Shown piece after piece: positions 1 through 7,746 of a stretch of DNA of 27,635 bases (the stretch's first letter is position 1; each line of letters starts with the position of its first letter). Where the stretch lies: positions 1-27,635 of the IMG/VR virus record IMGVR_UViG_3300020198_000075, one strand, 5' to 3'. This DNA comes from a virus (taxonomy: Duplodnaviria; Caudoviricetes). The notes below the pieces were generated by a model, which was not told the DNA's origin, made no database searches, and saw only the letters and a list, made by a program, of their open reading frames with translations. Made by a program: the position numbers and the translations under genes.

Positions 1-216
1 TATGTACAGTAAATCAATACCACGTGGCGCAACGAAACCACGTGCAATAGCGCATGCCTTGACCGCTTGATTCACGGCACTTGCCCCGATTGCTCTTACT
101 TTCGGATACTGGCCTGCAACAACAGAGCGAGCAAGAATGGAGCCAACCGCTTGCGGGTTGCTGCTGCCCGACACTTTAAGAAAATCATCTATATTTGCGT
201 TTAGTTGCTGAGACAT
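1..216 (-). CDS. spoVS: SpoVS (stage V sporulation protein S) family protein, Alba-like nucleic-acid-binding fold; 3' end runs off the window
   Basis: Not in the ORF track. Hand translation from ATG at 216: MSQQLNANIDDFLKVSGSSNPQAVGSILARSVVAGQYPKVRAIGASAVNQAVKACAIARGFVAPRGIDLLYI. This matches the SpoVS pattern LKVS..S.P..V.......AIGA.A.NQAVKA.AIARGFVAP.G.DL. AGGAG RBS at 221-225. Confidence 0.92.
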   Translation of the reverse strand, partial: MSQQLNANIDDFLKVSGSSNPQAVGSILARSVVAGQYPKVRAIGASAVNQAVKACAIARGFVAPRGIDLLYI

Positions 217-252
217 AGTACTCCTAATAAATCAAGTTGTGACCTATATAGG

Positions 253-618
253 TTACTTGTATTGTGCGTCTTGTAGCAGTTCTATAAAGTCATCTAGCCT
301 CATCACGACATATGAATCACCAAGTGCCTTTTCACCCTTGCCTGGACGTTTTACGATTAACACAGGTAGTGCGTCCTTTAGTCGTTTGGCTTGCTCAACG
401 GTGGCGGTGAGCCATCCACTCAAATCCCACTTCTTCTGATTCTTACATTGTAAACACGCATTACGAAGCGTTGTACGCTGTTGTATACCATGGATATCAC
501 CCGTGTCGTTTTCGCCTGCGAGAACGGCTCTCCGTGCGTCTGAGAAGCCTTTAGAGATGAGGTACTCCTTTACCAGCGTTTCAAATGCCGTGCCTTTGGC
601 TTTGTGCTTGTTACCCAT
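253..618 (-). CDS. Holliday junction resolvase, Hjc-like PD-(D/E)XK nuclease
   Basis: MGNKHKAKGTAFE (K.KG..FE motif), D.GD, and QCKN in place of ExK. The start is moved to ATG 618 because the upstream extension overlaps a separate small gene. Confidence 0.8.
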   Translation of the reverse strand: MGNKHKAKGTAFETLVKEYLISKGFSDARRAVLAGENDTGDIHGIQQRTTLRNACLQCKNQKKWDLSGWLTATVEQAKRLKDALPVLIVKRPGKGEKALGDSYVVMRLDDFIELLQDAQYK

Positions 619-775
619 CAATCTTCTCCCATTCGGCTTGGCTAAAACCTCTAATGCGTCCATCTGTTTCAATGTAAACCCAAGTCGGTGCATCGGGGTC
701 ACAACCACACCCAGAGATTTGGCGAGGGTTATGTTCCACTATTGTGCCGCACTTTAAACATCTTACTTTAATCAT
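611..775 (-). CDS. Small Cys-rich putative zinc-binding protein (54 aa)
   Basis: Not in the ORF track. MIKVRCLKCGTIVEHNPRQISGCGCDPDAPTWVYIETDGRIRGFSQAEWEKIDG*, with CxxC and CxC. The ATG overlaps the upstream TGA (ATGA at 772-775) and the stop overlaps the resolvase start, filling the gap exactly. Confidence 0.75.
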   Translation of the reverse strand: MIKVRCLKCGTIVEHNPRQISGCGCDPDAPTWVYIETDGRIRGFSQAEWEKIDG

Positions 776-1263
776 GGCTGATAGCGATGAAGCCTTCGGT
801 CTTGTGGTGCTGTACTAATGCGACGACTCAGTTCCCTTGACAGGATTTGAGTGCCACGTTCACATCGTTCAAACACTGATTCTACCAATTTGCGATACGC
901 CCTTGCACCAAGGTGCTTGTCTTGCGTCTCCAGCACTTGTATGTTAGCATCACGGCGTGCTTTGGCGAGGGTAACGGTGTCGCCTTTCTCTCCGCTCCAT
1001 TGACCAATCAAGGTCTGCGCTTCTACGAGCCGAAGGTTGTTGGCACAACGTTCCTCGTCAATCTCTGCCATAACAAGTTCAGTTTTTGAATACGACAACC
1101 ACGCCATAAACTCGGAATACTTGTCCATCAAGTCTGAGTCCGACAACTCGTCAAGGTTACTGGGAATGTCGGGCACGGCGCCACGTGGCCTGTCAGGAAG
1201 ATTGAACTTCTCCAAGAAGTTCTGCACTGCTATGTTTGTTGTTTGTGTTAGTTCCATGAACAT
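772..1263 (-). CDS. Alpha-helical protein, possibly a UvsY-like recombination mediator
   Basis: 163 aa, helical and amphipathic throughout. GGAGG RBS upstream. Lies in the RecA operon. Size and helix pattern are reminiscent of T4 UvsY, but the function is low confidence. Confidence 0.5.
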   Translation of the reverse strand: MFMELTQTTNIAVQNFLEKFNLPDRPRGAVPDIPSNLDELSDSDLMDKYSEFMAWLSYSKTELVMAEIDEERCANNLRLVEAQTLIGQWSGEKGDTVTLAKARRDANIQVLETQDKHLGARAYRKLVESVFERCERGTQILSRELSRRISTAPQDRRLHRYQP

Positions 1264-2050
1264 CGTTCCTCCAGCATACGTCCAGATACGGACATTGTTT
1301 ACAGGTTTTATGGTTTATCCACGCCCACTCAGGTCGGTCAATCAACGTACCGTCTTTTAGGTGTTGTTTGACCAACGATGCTGCCGCAAGAATGTGTTGA
1401 ATGAGAGCAGGTTGGTACTTAACCTCAAATTCCTTGCAGTCTTGTGTCGCCTTCCATTCGTACAAGATGATGCCTTGATGAATACCAGTCACGTACATGT
1501 ACAAGTTTATTTGACGAAGATGTGTAATGAACGGTTGGCGAATTCGTTTAAATAGTTCTATGTCTGTTAATTCTTTTGATTCGTACTGTTTATACAAATC
1601 ATAATTCTCGTAACGAACGGTTCCTGTCCCCACGCTCTTGATTTCAAGGATGGCTTGACCGTTAGCATCGTCAATCAGCCCATCTGCGGTTCCCATAATG
1701 TGATGCTCTTCGTCAAAGATGGGCAATTCTCTTTGTTTCATGACACCAGAACGCTCAAGCCAACCCTGCCATTTATTGTGAATCATATGACCAGTGGCAA
1801 AGATGTTTAGTGTTATAAACCCATGCTGTTTTTTTATTTCCCCGTCCACACCAAACATCTTGTACATGGAAGAGCGTGGACACCAATCACGCTTACAAAT
1901 ATCACTGGGGTGCAAATATTTGGTATCCCGCTTTTCGTTGTGTTGATTGTTTTCCACAGATGCCTGCGCCAACACCACTGGGATAAGGCGACCCTTTACC
2001 CTCATGCCCGTCTTAATGCTGGCAAGGTCGGCTTTACTTAATTCAACCAT
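1193..2050 (-). CDS. Cas4/RecB-like exonuclease (PD-(D/E)XK) with a putative 4Fe-4S staple
   Basis: HPSDIC...WCPR, GHMIH, ADGLI, LEIKS, QINLY and C-terminal CKQCPYLDVC give the Cas4/AddB-type 1+3 Cys arrangement. Confidence 0.85.
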   Translation of the reverse strand: MVELSKADLASIKTGMRVKGRLIPVVLAQASVENNQHNEKRDTKYLHPSDICKRDWCPRSSMYKMFGVDGEIKKQHGFITLNIFATGHMIHNKWQGWLERSGVMKQRELPIFDEEHHIMGTADGLIDDANGQAILEIKSVGTGTVRYENYDLYKQYESKELTDIELFKRIRQPFITHLRQINLYMYVTGIHQGIILYEWKATQDCKEFEVKYQPALIQHILAAASLVKQHLKDGTLIDRPEWAWINHKTCKQCPYLDVCWRNDVHGTNTNNKHSSAELLGEVQSS

Positions 2051-2394
2051 TTAATTGATGGTTCCTGTTCGTTGAAGTATTCCATAAAATCGTCTTCGTA
2101 CATAGTAATAAAGTGTATCCCGCCTATCTCAACCTGTAACACTGGTATTCTGTTCTCCATCAACGCCTGCTTGCGTAGTTCGCTCATGTCCTTTACCTTA
2201 ATGGAATACTGTTTAACGTTGTTAGTAAACTTATTCTCTATCAGTAAACTGTTAGTTCGTACATCATTCTTACGTAACCACCCAGCGCCAGAACCTGCGT
2301 TCCTGCTCCCCTTATAACGTTCAGCAGTCTGTTTTTCCTGTTTACGAGACTTCTTGAGCCGTCGTTTACGTTCTCCGTCGCTTCCAAAAAGCAT
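2038..2394 (-). CDS. Hjc-like PD-(D/E)XK endonuclease or resolvase
   Basis: SRKQEKQTA, SGAGWLRKNDV, IENK and C-terminal P.L.(V/I) match small phage resolvase-like nucleases often found next to recA. TGATG coupling with the recA stop. Confidence 0.72.
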   Translation of the reverse strand: MLFGSDGERKRRLKKSRKQEKQTAERYKGSRNAGSGAGWLRKNDVRTNSLLIENKFTNNVKQYSIKVKDMSELRKQALMENRIPVLQVEIGGIHFITMYEDDFMEYFNEQEPSIKWLN

Positions 2395-3419
2395 CAGGTT
2401 GGTACTGTCAAATTGAAATAACCAAATACTTGGTTCTTTAGGGTATGTTGTAATTCAATGTTTTCACGAATAGCAAAAGTGAGTGCATCTTTACCTTGCC
2501 ATTTTTGTTCACCAAACGAGTAGTAAGGACCAGCCCGTGTGATGAGACCCACGGCAATGCCGATATTTACCACGTCCTTAACGGTGTCAAACTCTCCAAG
2601 ACGGTAGCCACCCGTGCTGGTGAAGTAGAAATCAACTACTGCGGTTTGTTGTGGACGATAAGTCTTGTTTTTAATGGTGCGAGCCTTGATGGTTTGTCCA
2701 ATGATTTCTTCTTTTTCCTTTAGCCATTCGTCACGCTTGACCTCAATACGGCTGAAATAATGGAAGTTCTTTGCTTTGCCACCTGGTGTGGTGCGGTTGT
2801 CTCCCCACATAACGCCAATCTTCTCACGCCATTGGTTGATGACCAAACCAGTACAGGCCCTGTCCTCGTTGACTAGCGAACGACGTTGCGCCTTTGATGA
2901 CTTGCGAAAGAACTTACCAGTCAAACGAGCACCCAAGCCAACAGTGAAGTCTTCCATCATTTTCTCAGCCTCGTCTCCAGGAACCAGCGACGGAAGCGAG
3001 TCAATGACAATCATGTCAACGGCACGGTTATCCAACGCCTTAATAATAAGGTCGTACACCTGTTCCATTATGTTGGTTTCCACCACCCACAGTCGGTCAG
3101 TGTCCACACCAATGGCTCGTGCGTATTGTTGGACGTACGTCTCTGCGGCAATCCACAATGCGGTAAAGTTAGGATTGATTTTTTGGTTGGCAGCGATGGT
3201 CTTGTATGCCAGTGCGGTTTTACCCGACGACTCTTCTCCAATGATTTCTGACCATTGGTTTAGAGGCCAACCACCGCCAAGCATCAGGTCAAAGGCAAGA
3301 ATACCAGTAGTGATGCGTGGTACGTCTTCCCTAATTTCAGAACCTTTGATTAGTACATCATCTCCATACTTCCTAGAAATAGCGGCGACGATTGATTCCA
3401 GTGACTCGTAGTCTCTCAT
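2394..3419 (-). CDS. recA: RecA/UvsX-like recombinase
   Basis: ITTGILAFDLMLGGGWP, Walker A GEESSGKT, Walker B IVIDS, INQWREKIGVMWG..TTPGG and KNK. Start set at ATG 3419 behind AAGGAG. Confidence 0.95.
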   Translation of the reverse strand: MRDYESLESIVAAISRKYGDDVLIKGSEIREDVPRITTGILAFDLMLGGGWPLNQWSEIIGEESSGKTALAYKTIAANQKINPNFTALWIAAETYVQQYARAIGVDTDRLWVVETNIMEQVYDLIIKALDNRAVDMIVIDSLPSLVPGDEAEKMMEDFTVGLGARLTGKFFRKSSKAQRRSLVNEDRACTGLVINQWREKIGVMWGDNRTTPGGKAKNFHYFSRIEVKRDEWLKEKEEIIGQTIKARTIKNKTYRPQQTAVVDFYFTSTGGYRLGEFDTVKDVVNIGIAVGLITRAGPYYSFGEQKWQGKDALTFAIRENIELQHTLKNQVFGYFNLTVPT

Positions 3420-3429
3420 ATTGTGCTCC

Positions 3430-3798
3430 TTATGCAACCCAGTTTACCTGCGATGCTTGGTCATACAACCCATTCCAACCACATTCAAAACAATGTGGTG
3501 CTGGTGCGGCTCCGTGAATCATGCTGTTTGCACCTTTACCAGTACGACTAAATACATTCCTACTACCGCAATTTGGGCAAATTAAATGTCCATCACGTTT
3601 CATTGCTTCTCCACCTTTCCAAATACGTATAGCGGTTCCCATACCGATTTGTGCATCTGCGGCAATATTCTCAACAGGCGCCCGTGGCGCTGGCTGTTGT
3701 GATGGAAGCGGTCTGTTACTGTATGTCGCTGGATTTGGGTACATTAGTTGCGGGGCGGATTTCTCACCGTTTAACTTTTTAGACCACCAATCACTCAT
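3430..3798 (-). CDS. Hypothetical protein with a C-terminal zinc ribbon
   Basis: MSDWWSKK start overlapping the upstream stop, a Pro/Gln-rich linker, then CPNC...CFEC. Confidence 0.7.
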   Translation of the reverse strand: MSDWWSKKLNGEKSAPQLMYPNPATYSNRPLPSQQPAPRAPVENIAADAQIGMGTAIRIWKGGEAMKRDGHLICPNCGSRNVFSRTGKGANSMIHGAAPAPHCFECGWNGLYDQASQVNWVA

Positions 3799-4159
3799 CT
3801 TCTTTAGTCCATTCTTCCAAAGTTTTCTCATCAATTACAATAGATATATTTCCGCTTTCCAGAAGCCTGTTGATTAGCGCCAAGCCATAGGCGGCAAGAA
3901 CAGGAATCAGGTCTTCTTTTGGAGTGCCTAGTTTATCGCTCTTTTCCAATAAATCAAGCATCCATTCCGCAGATTCTTGAGTGTTGTCAGCAATGCCTTG
4001 ATTAACGAATAGTGCCCACCGACTTGCAATGTCAAAGGTTTCGGCATCGGCAACGTCCTTTGACGGTGTTGAGAATCCCATAAAGTTGGCAAACATTTGT
4101 CCTTGGGCAATTGACAACATCAAATAAAACAGTCTTTTATCTGCAATCGTGCTTTCCAT
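3791..4159 (-). CDS. Hypothetical protein
   Basis: Fills the gap between the polymerase and the Zn-ribbon gene. ATG 4159 lies 2 nt after the polymerase stop, with AAGGA upstream. Confidence 0.7.
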   Translation of the reverse strand: MESTIADKRLFYLMLSIAQGQMFANFMGFSTPSKDVADAETFDIASRWALFVNQGIADNTQESAEWMLDLLEKSDKLGTPKEDLIPVLAAYGLALINRLLESGNISIVIDEKTLEEWTKEDE

Positions 4160-4161
4160 AT

Positions 4162-6222
4162 TTAGTCCTTTGCCTCCGCCCAACTCTTTGCAAAGCGGTG
4201 CGAAACTTTGATGGGAACCTTGTCTAAAACTCTGCCGTCTCCCATTGCTTCTAGGAACGGCTTGATTATCGTTAGTGCCTCATCTTGTTTTACAGTAGCC
4301 ACAAGTTCGTCGTGTACTTGTACTACCAATTTTACACTCGTATCCTTCATGGCGTGGTAAACATTAACCATTGCTTGTTTACAAAGGTCGGCGGCTGTTC
4401 CCTGCACGGTGGCGTTCACTGCCTGACGCTCTGCACGTGCCCGCAGTTCTTTATTAGGTGAACGCAGGTCTGGAAGACGACGCCGACGCCCGTACAGCGT
4501 ACTGACGTAACCGTCTTTGCGGGCTTTCTCTACAAGGGTATGTTTCCATTCCGTGAGTTCGGAAAACGTCCTGTAATAACTTCTGAGGATTTCCTGTGCA
4601 TCATTTTCAGAAATGCCAGTGACACGGGCAAGTTTAATTGAACCTCCCCCGTATGCGGTTAAAAAGTTAACACCTTTTCCAATTTGACGTTCTTCCGAAG
4701 TTACATCCTTTGGATTCTTCTTGAACACCGCAGATGCCGTTGCCGTGTGAATGTCCTCATCGTTGGAAAACGTATGAAGCAATATGCTGTCTTGACTAAA
4801 CATCGCCATAATACGTAGTTCAATCTGGTCGTAGTCGGCAACCAGAAGAACGTTGGTTCCATCGGCTACGAACAACTTACGGATGTTTGATGTTCGTGGA
4901 ATGTTTTGGAGGTTTGGGTCTGACGACGACAAACGACCAGTGGTTGTTCTGTGCAGGTGGAACGATGGGTGGAGCCGACCCTTGTACAACTTGGGCAACA
5001 AACCGTCTACATACGTGCTCTTTAATTTTTGTAACTCCGCCCAAGACAGCAGCATTGGAACAACGGGATGTTTGTTTTTTATACTCTTTAAAGACTCTTC
5101 GTCAACCGATGGTGCTCCCTTCCCCGTCATCTTGTATGGCTTTAGTCCAAGACCGCCTTCAGACTTCTTGGAAAACAATAACGTCTGTTTATGTTTGTTG
5201 GAATCAGGATTAAAACCAACTGGGGCATACGAAAGAATGGAATTAAGAGTGTCCTGCATCTCCTTGTCCAACTCAGTGCTCAACGCCGACAGGTTGGTGG
5301 CGTCTACGGGAATCCCCTCGTTCTCAATGTGCATCAATACTTCCAACACGTGGTTGTCAAGTTCCAATACTTTGGTAAGGTCAGCGTGGGCATTAACCTT
5401 TTTAAGCAATCGTTTGTACAACAACCATGTCCAACGTGAGTCCCTATGTACGTACAGAGCGGTGGCGTCAAACGGAGTGGTTGAAACGGTTTTACCTAAC
5501 TTGCCGCCATTCTCGTAAGCCTTATGACCCCCGTAATTGGTCTCAATCAGCGTTTCCAATGAGTAATTGGAAAGGCTTTCGTTCACGATGTGTTGGGTAA
5601 TCATCGTGTCAACGTACGGTCCTGGTGGTACCTCACCGTAATACTTTGAAATTGACCGAGCATCAAACTTGACGTTATGTCCAATCTTTACAAAGTCGCT
5701 GAAGAAAAGTGGACGCAGACGCTCAAAGACCTCGCTTCGTGACAACTGCTTGGGTGGTTCTTTGTACACGGCAGGCTTTACGTAACGAGCCTTAGCCATT
5801 GACTCTTGACCGTTTTTCAGCACCTTACGAAAGCCAGTAGGGGGAACCGTACTACCGTCACCCACTTCTTCTTTTTCTACGATTATTCCGATTCGGTGTC
5901 CCATCGGAATTGCCCACGACCTGCCGTTGGTGGCAATGCCTATCCAAAAGACTTCGTTACGTAACGGATTGACAGCAGTGTTTTTTAAATACTGTTCGGT
6001 AAGGTTATCGTGTGCTCGTTGAAGTATGTCAGGATTCTTATTTTTTAAACCCTTGATATGCTCTTGGAAATCCTTTTCCAAGTATTCCATAAGGTCAGGG
6101 TGATGCTCCAACGTGGTTTGTGTTTCCACGTCAAAGGCAAATGCCCCAACCCCACGAACTACTTCAATCAACTCATCCAGTTCTTGGAGAGTGGTTACGA
6201 CGGGAGGAATTGAACTCCCCAT
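4162..6222 (-). CDS. polA: DNA polymerase, family A (3'-5' exonuclease plus polymerase; no 5'-3' exonuclease)
   Basis: ExoI FDVET, ExoII GHNVKFD, ExoIII YVHRD, TTTGRLSSSDPNLQNIP, motif A ADYDQIELRIMA, motif B RQIGKGVNFLTAYG and motif C VHDEL. Confidence 0.96.
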   Translation of the reverse strand: MGSSIPPVVTTLQELDELIEVVRGVGAFAFDVETQTTLEHHPDLMEYLEKDFQEHIKGLKNKNPDILQRAHDNLTEQYLKNTAVNPLRNEVFWIGIATNGRSWAIPMGHRIGIIVEKEEVGDGSTVPPTGFRKVLKNGQESMAKARYVKPAVYKEPPKQLSRSEVFERLRPLFFSDFVKIGHNVKFDARSISKYYGEVPPGPYVDTMITQHIVNESLSNYSLETLIETNYGGHKAYENGGKLGKTVSTTPFDATALYVHRDSRWTWLLYKRLLKKVNAHADLTKVLELDNHVLEVLMHIENEGIPVDATNLSALSTELDKEMQDTLNSILSYAPVGFNPDSNKHKQTLLFSKKSEGGLGLKPYKMTGKGAPSVDEESLKSIKNKHPVVPMLLSWAELQKLKSTYVDGLLPKLYKGRLHPSFHLHRTTTGRLSSSDPNLQNIPRTSNIRKLFVADGTNVLLVADYDQIELRIMAMFSQDSILLHTFSNDEDIHTATASAVFKKNPKDVTSEERQIGKGVNFLTAYGGGSIKLARVTGISENDAQEILRSYYRTFSELTEWKHTLVEKARKDGYVSTLYGRRRRLPDLRSPNKELRARAERQAVNATVQGTAADLCKQAMVNVYHAMKDTSVKLVVQVHDELVATVKQDEALTIIKPFLEAMGDGRVLDKVPIKVSHRFAKSWAEAKD

Positions 6223-6225
6223 CGG

Positions 6226-6903
6226 TTATTTACCAAGGTCTTCTGAAGCAATTGCCAGCAGTTCAGCGTACGTCGGAACCTTAATGATAGACGAATCGTA
6301 CTTCTCTTCCCTGTGTTTGGCAAAAATGATTTCGGACAATGGTTCAATCTTCCATTCTTCGGCAATGTCACGCTCACGAATAGCCTGCAAGTTGTACGAC
6401 GTCGTTGCGCCCTTACCAGTGCGGCTAATTGCCCAGTAGTGCTTGGTCAACGGACCAGTCTGTGGAGCCTTGTTCAGATTGCGGAGTTGGTCAACGACAC
6501 GTGGTCCAATTTCTAACGAACGCAGTACGGAGGGTCCACCGACGCTCATCAGCAGGACGTTGAACGCCACACGCTGTGAGGGACGATTACCAAGTTCACA
6601 AATCGGGCAGCCACGCTCTTCCAATTCACGGATGCAGACGAACGACTTCTGTCCGTCACGCTCAACCCAATGCTGGTGCCATGCGGCGTACGGCTCGTCC
6701 TCAATGAACTTGATGACTTGTACTTCCTCGCTGACCTTGAGGCGCTGTGCGTAGTTGGAGTCGGCGCTCTTGAGTGCATCAACTTGTTGCCAACCGCCAC
6801 GCAGGAGTTTGCGTTCGGCTACAGCAACAACAGGGGCATCTGGAAACGGAGAATCTTTCTCCGTGTTGGGTGTCATTTCATCTACGTCATATTTTCTTGG
6901 CAT
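6226..6903 (-). CDS. Single-stranded DNA-binding protein (gp32-like, Zn-binding)
   Basis: IKF..D.P....HQHW, FVC......CPIC, and ISRTGKGATTSY match gp32-like phage SSBs. Directly upstream of the polymerase. Confidence 0.72.
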   Translation of the reverse strand: MPRKYDVDEMTPNTEKDSPFPDAPVVAVAERKLLRGGWQQVDALKSADSNYAQRLKVSEEVQVIKFIEDEPYAAWHQHWVERDGQKSFVCIRELEERGCPICELGNRPSQRVAFNVLLMSVGGPSVLRSLEIGPRVVDQLRNLNKAPQTGPLTKHYWAISRTGKGATTSYNLQAIRERDIAEEWKIEPLSEIIFAKHREEKYDSSIIKVPTYAELLAIASEDLGK

Positions 6904-6924
6904 GTTCTTTTTTCCTTTGTGTGT

Positions 6925-7353
6925 CTAGTGAGGCCATTGCTCTTTTATATGTTTACGGAAACCATTCCAATCTGCATTGTGAATGTCATGTATCTTGAAA
7001 CGGTCTATTGCTTCCACTAGGAACTCTACCTGCTCTAGGCTGTAAAGCCTCCTACCTTTTGAAGGTTTTCCTGGAAGTTGCTGTTTGTTGGGTTTGGGCG
7101 TTCGGTACTTGGCTTTGGGAAGCCAGCCCCGATGTTCCCACACTCTCAACGTTGATGGTCGTTTTTTCAGTGCTACGGCGAGTTGACCGATAGTGAACAT
7201 CTGTACCGTTTGTCCGTTAATAATATAATTCTTTGGCTTGACACCATTAAAGCGGTCTTCTGCAATAGCAATATTCCTCTTTTCCCTGTTTTTTGGCGTT
7301 CGCCCACCAGGGAAATCTAAAAGTTCATTAAAGCGATACAACGGGTCTTTCAC
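6925..7353 (-). CDS. MerR-like helix-turn-helix DNA-binding protein
   Basis: FTIGQLAVALKKRPSTLRVWEHRGWLP...GRRLYSLEQV is a MerR HTH signature. GTGA coupling to the upstream gene. Confidence 0.82.
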   Translation of the reverse strand: MKDPLYRFNELLDFPGGRTPKNREKRNIAIAEDRFNGVKPKNYIINGQTVQMFTIGQLAVALKKRPSTLRVWEHRGWLPKAKYRTPKPNKQQLPGKPSKGRRLYSLEQVEFLVEAIDRFKIHDIHNADWNGFRKHIKEQWPH

Positions 7354-7745
7354 GCCTTAAACGCCCATATTTCTTTCTCTACATAAAAACTCTGCACGAT
7401 AGGCAACAAGGACTTATCATTCCACGCAACGGCAAGCAACTTGTCTTCGCTCAAACGTTCCACAACTTCCTTGACGTCATCCCACAAACCATTTTCCTTT
7501 GCCCATTCTTCTGCGGTAGCGACATTGAACGTTTTGCTTACACGACGCTCACGCTTGAGTTCGTGTCCACCAACGTTGAGCCATACATGCCCACTGTCAT
7601 CAATAGTTCCGTGCTGTTCAACAACGTTGCTCAGTTCTTTCTTAAGTTTGTCCACCCTTACCTCAAGTTGACTAAGCAGTTTCTTCTGCGAGACAAACTC
7701 TTCCACCATCTTTGTATAGTACACTTCATCAAACTGTTCTGACAT
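7350..7745 (-). CDS. Hypothetical coiled-coil protein (phage recombination/replication accessory type)
   Basis: 131 aa with an N-terminal heptad region (LLSQLEVRVDKLKKEL). GGAGGTG RBS. Confidence 0.7.
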   Translation of the reverse strand: MSEQFDEVYYTKMVEEFVSQKKLLSQLEVRVDKLKKELSNVVEQHGTIDDSGHVWLNVGGHELKRERRVSKTFNVATAEEWAKENGLWDDVKEVVERLSEDKLLAVAWNDKSLLPIVQSFYVEKEIWAFKA

Positions 7746-7746
7746 T

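Noticed and set aside
619-708. N-terminal extension of the resolvase ORF (and similar extensions at 3437, 3834, 4183, 12506, 13645, 20187)
   Set aside because: These are longest-ORF artefacts. Downstream starts have better RBS or stop-start coupling and remove overlaps.
5749-6120. Intein or intron in the polymerase (also considered for DnaB and RecA)
   Set aside because: The inserts are short, with no Cys/Ser...His-Asn splice junctions or LAGLIDADG motifs, and the frames are uninterrupted.
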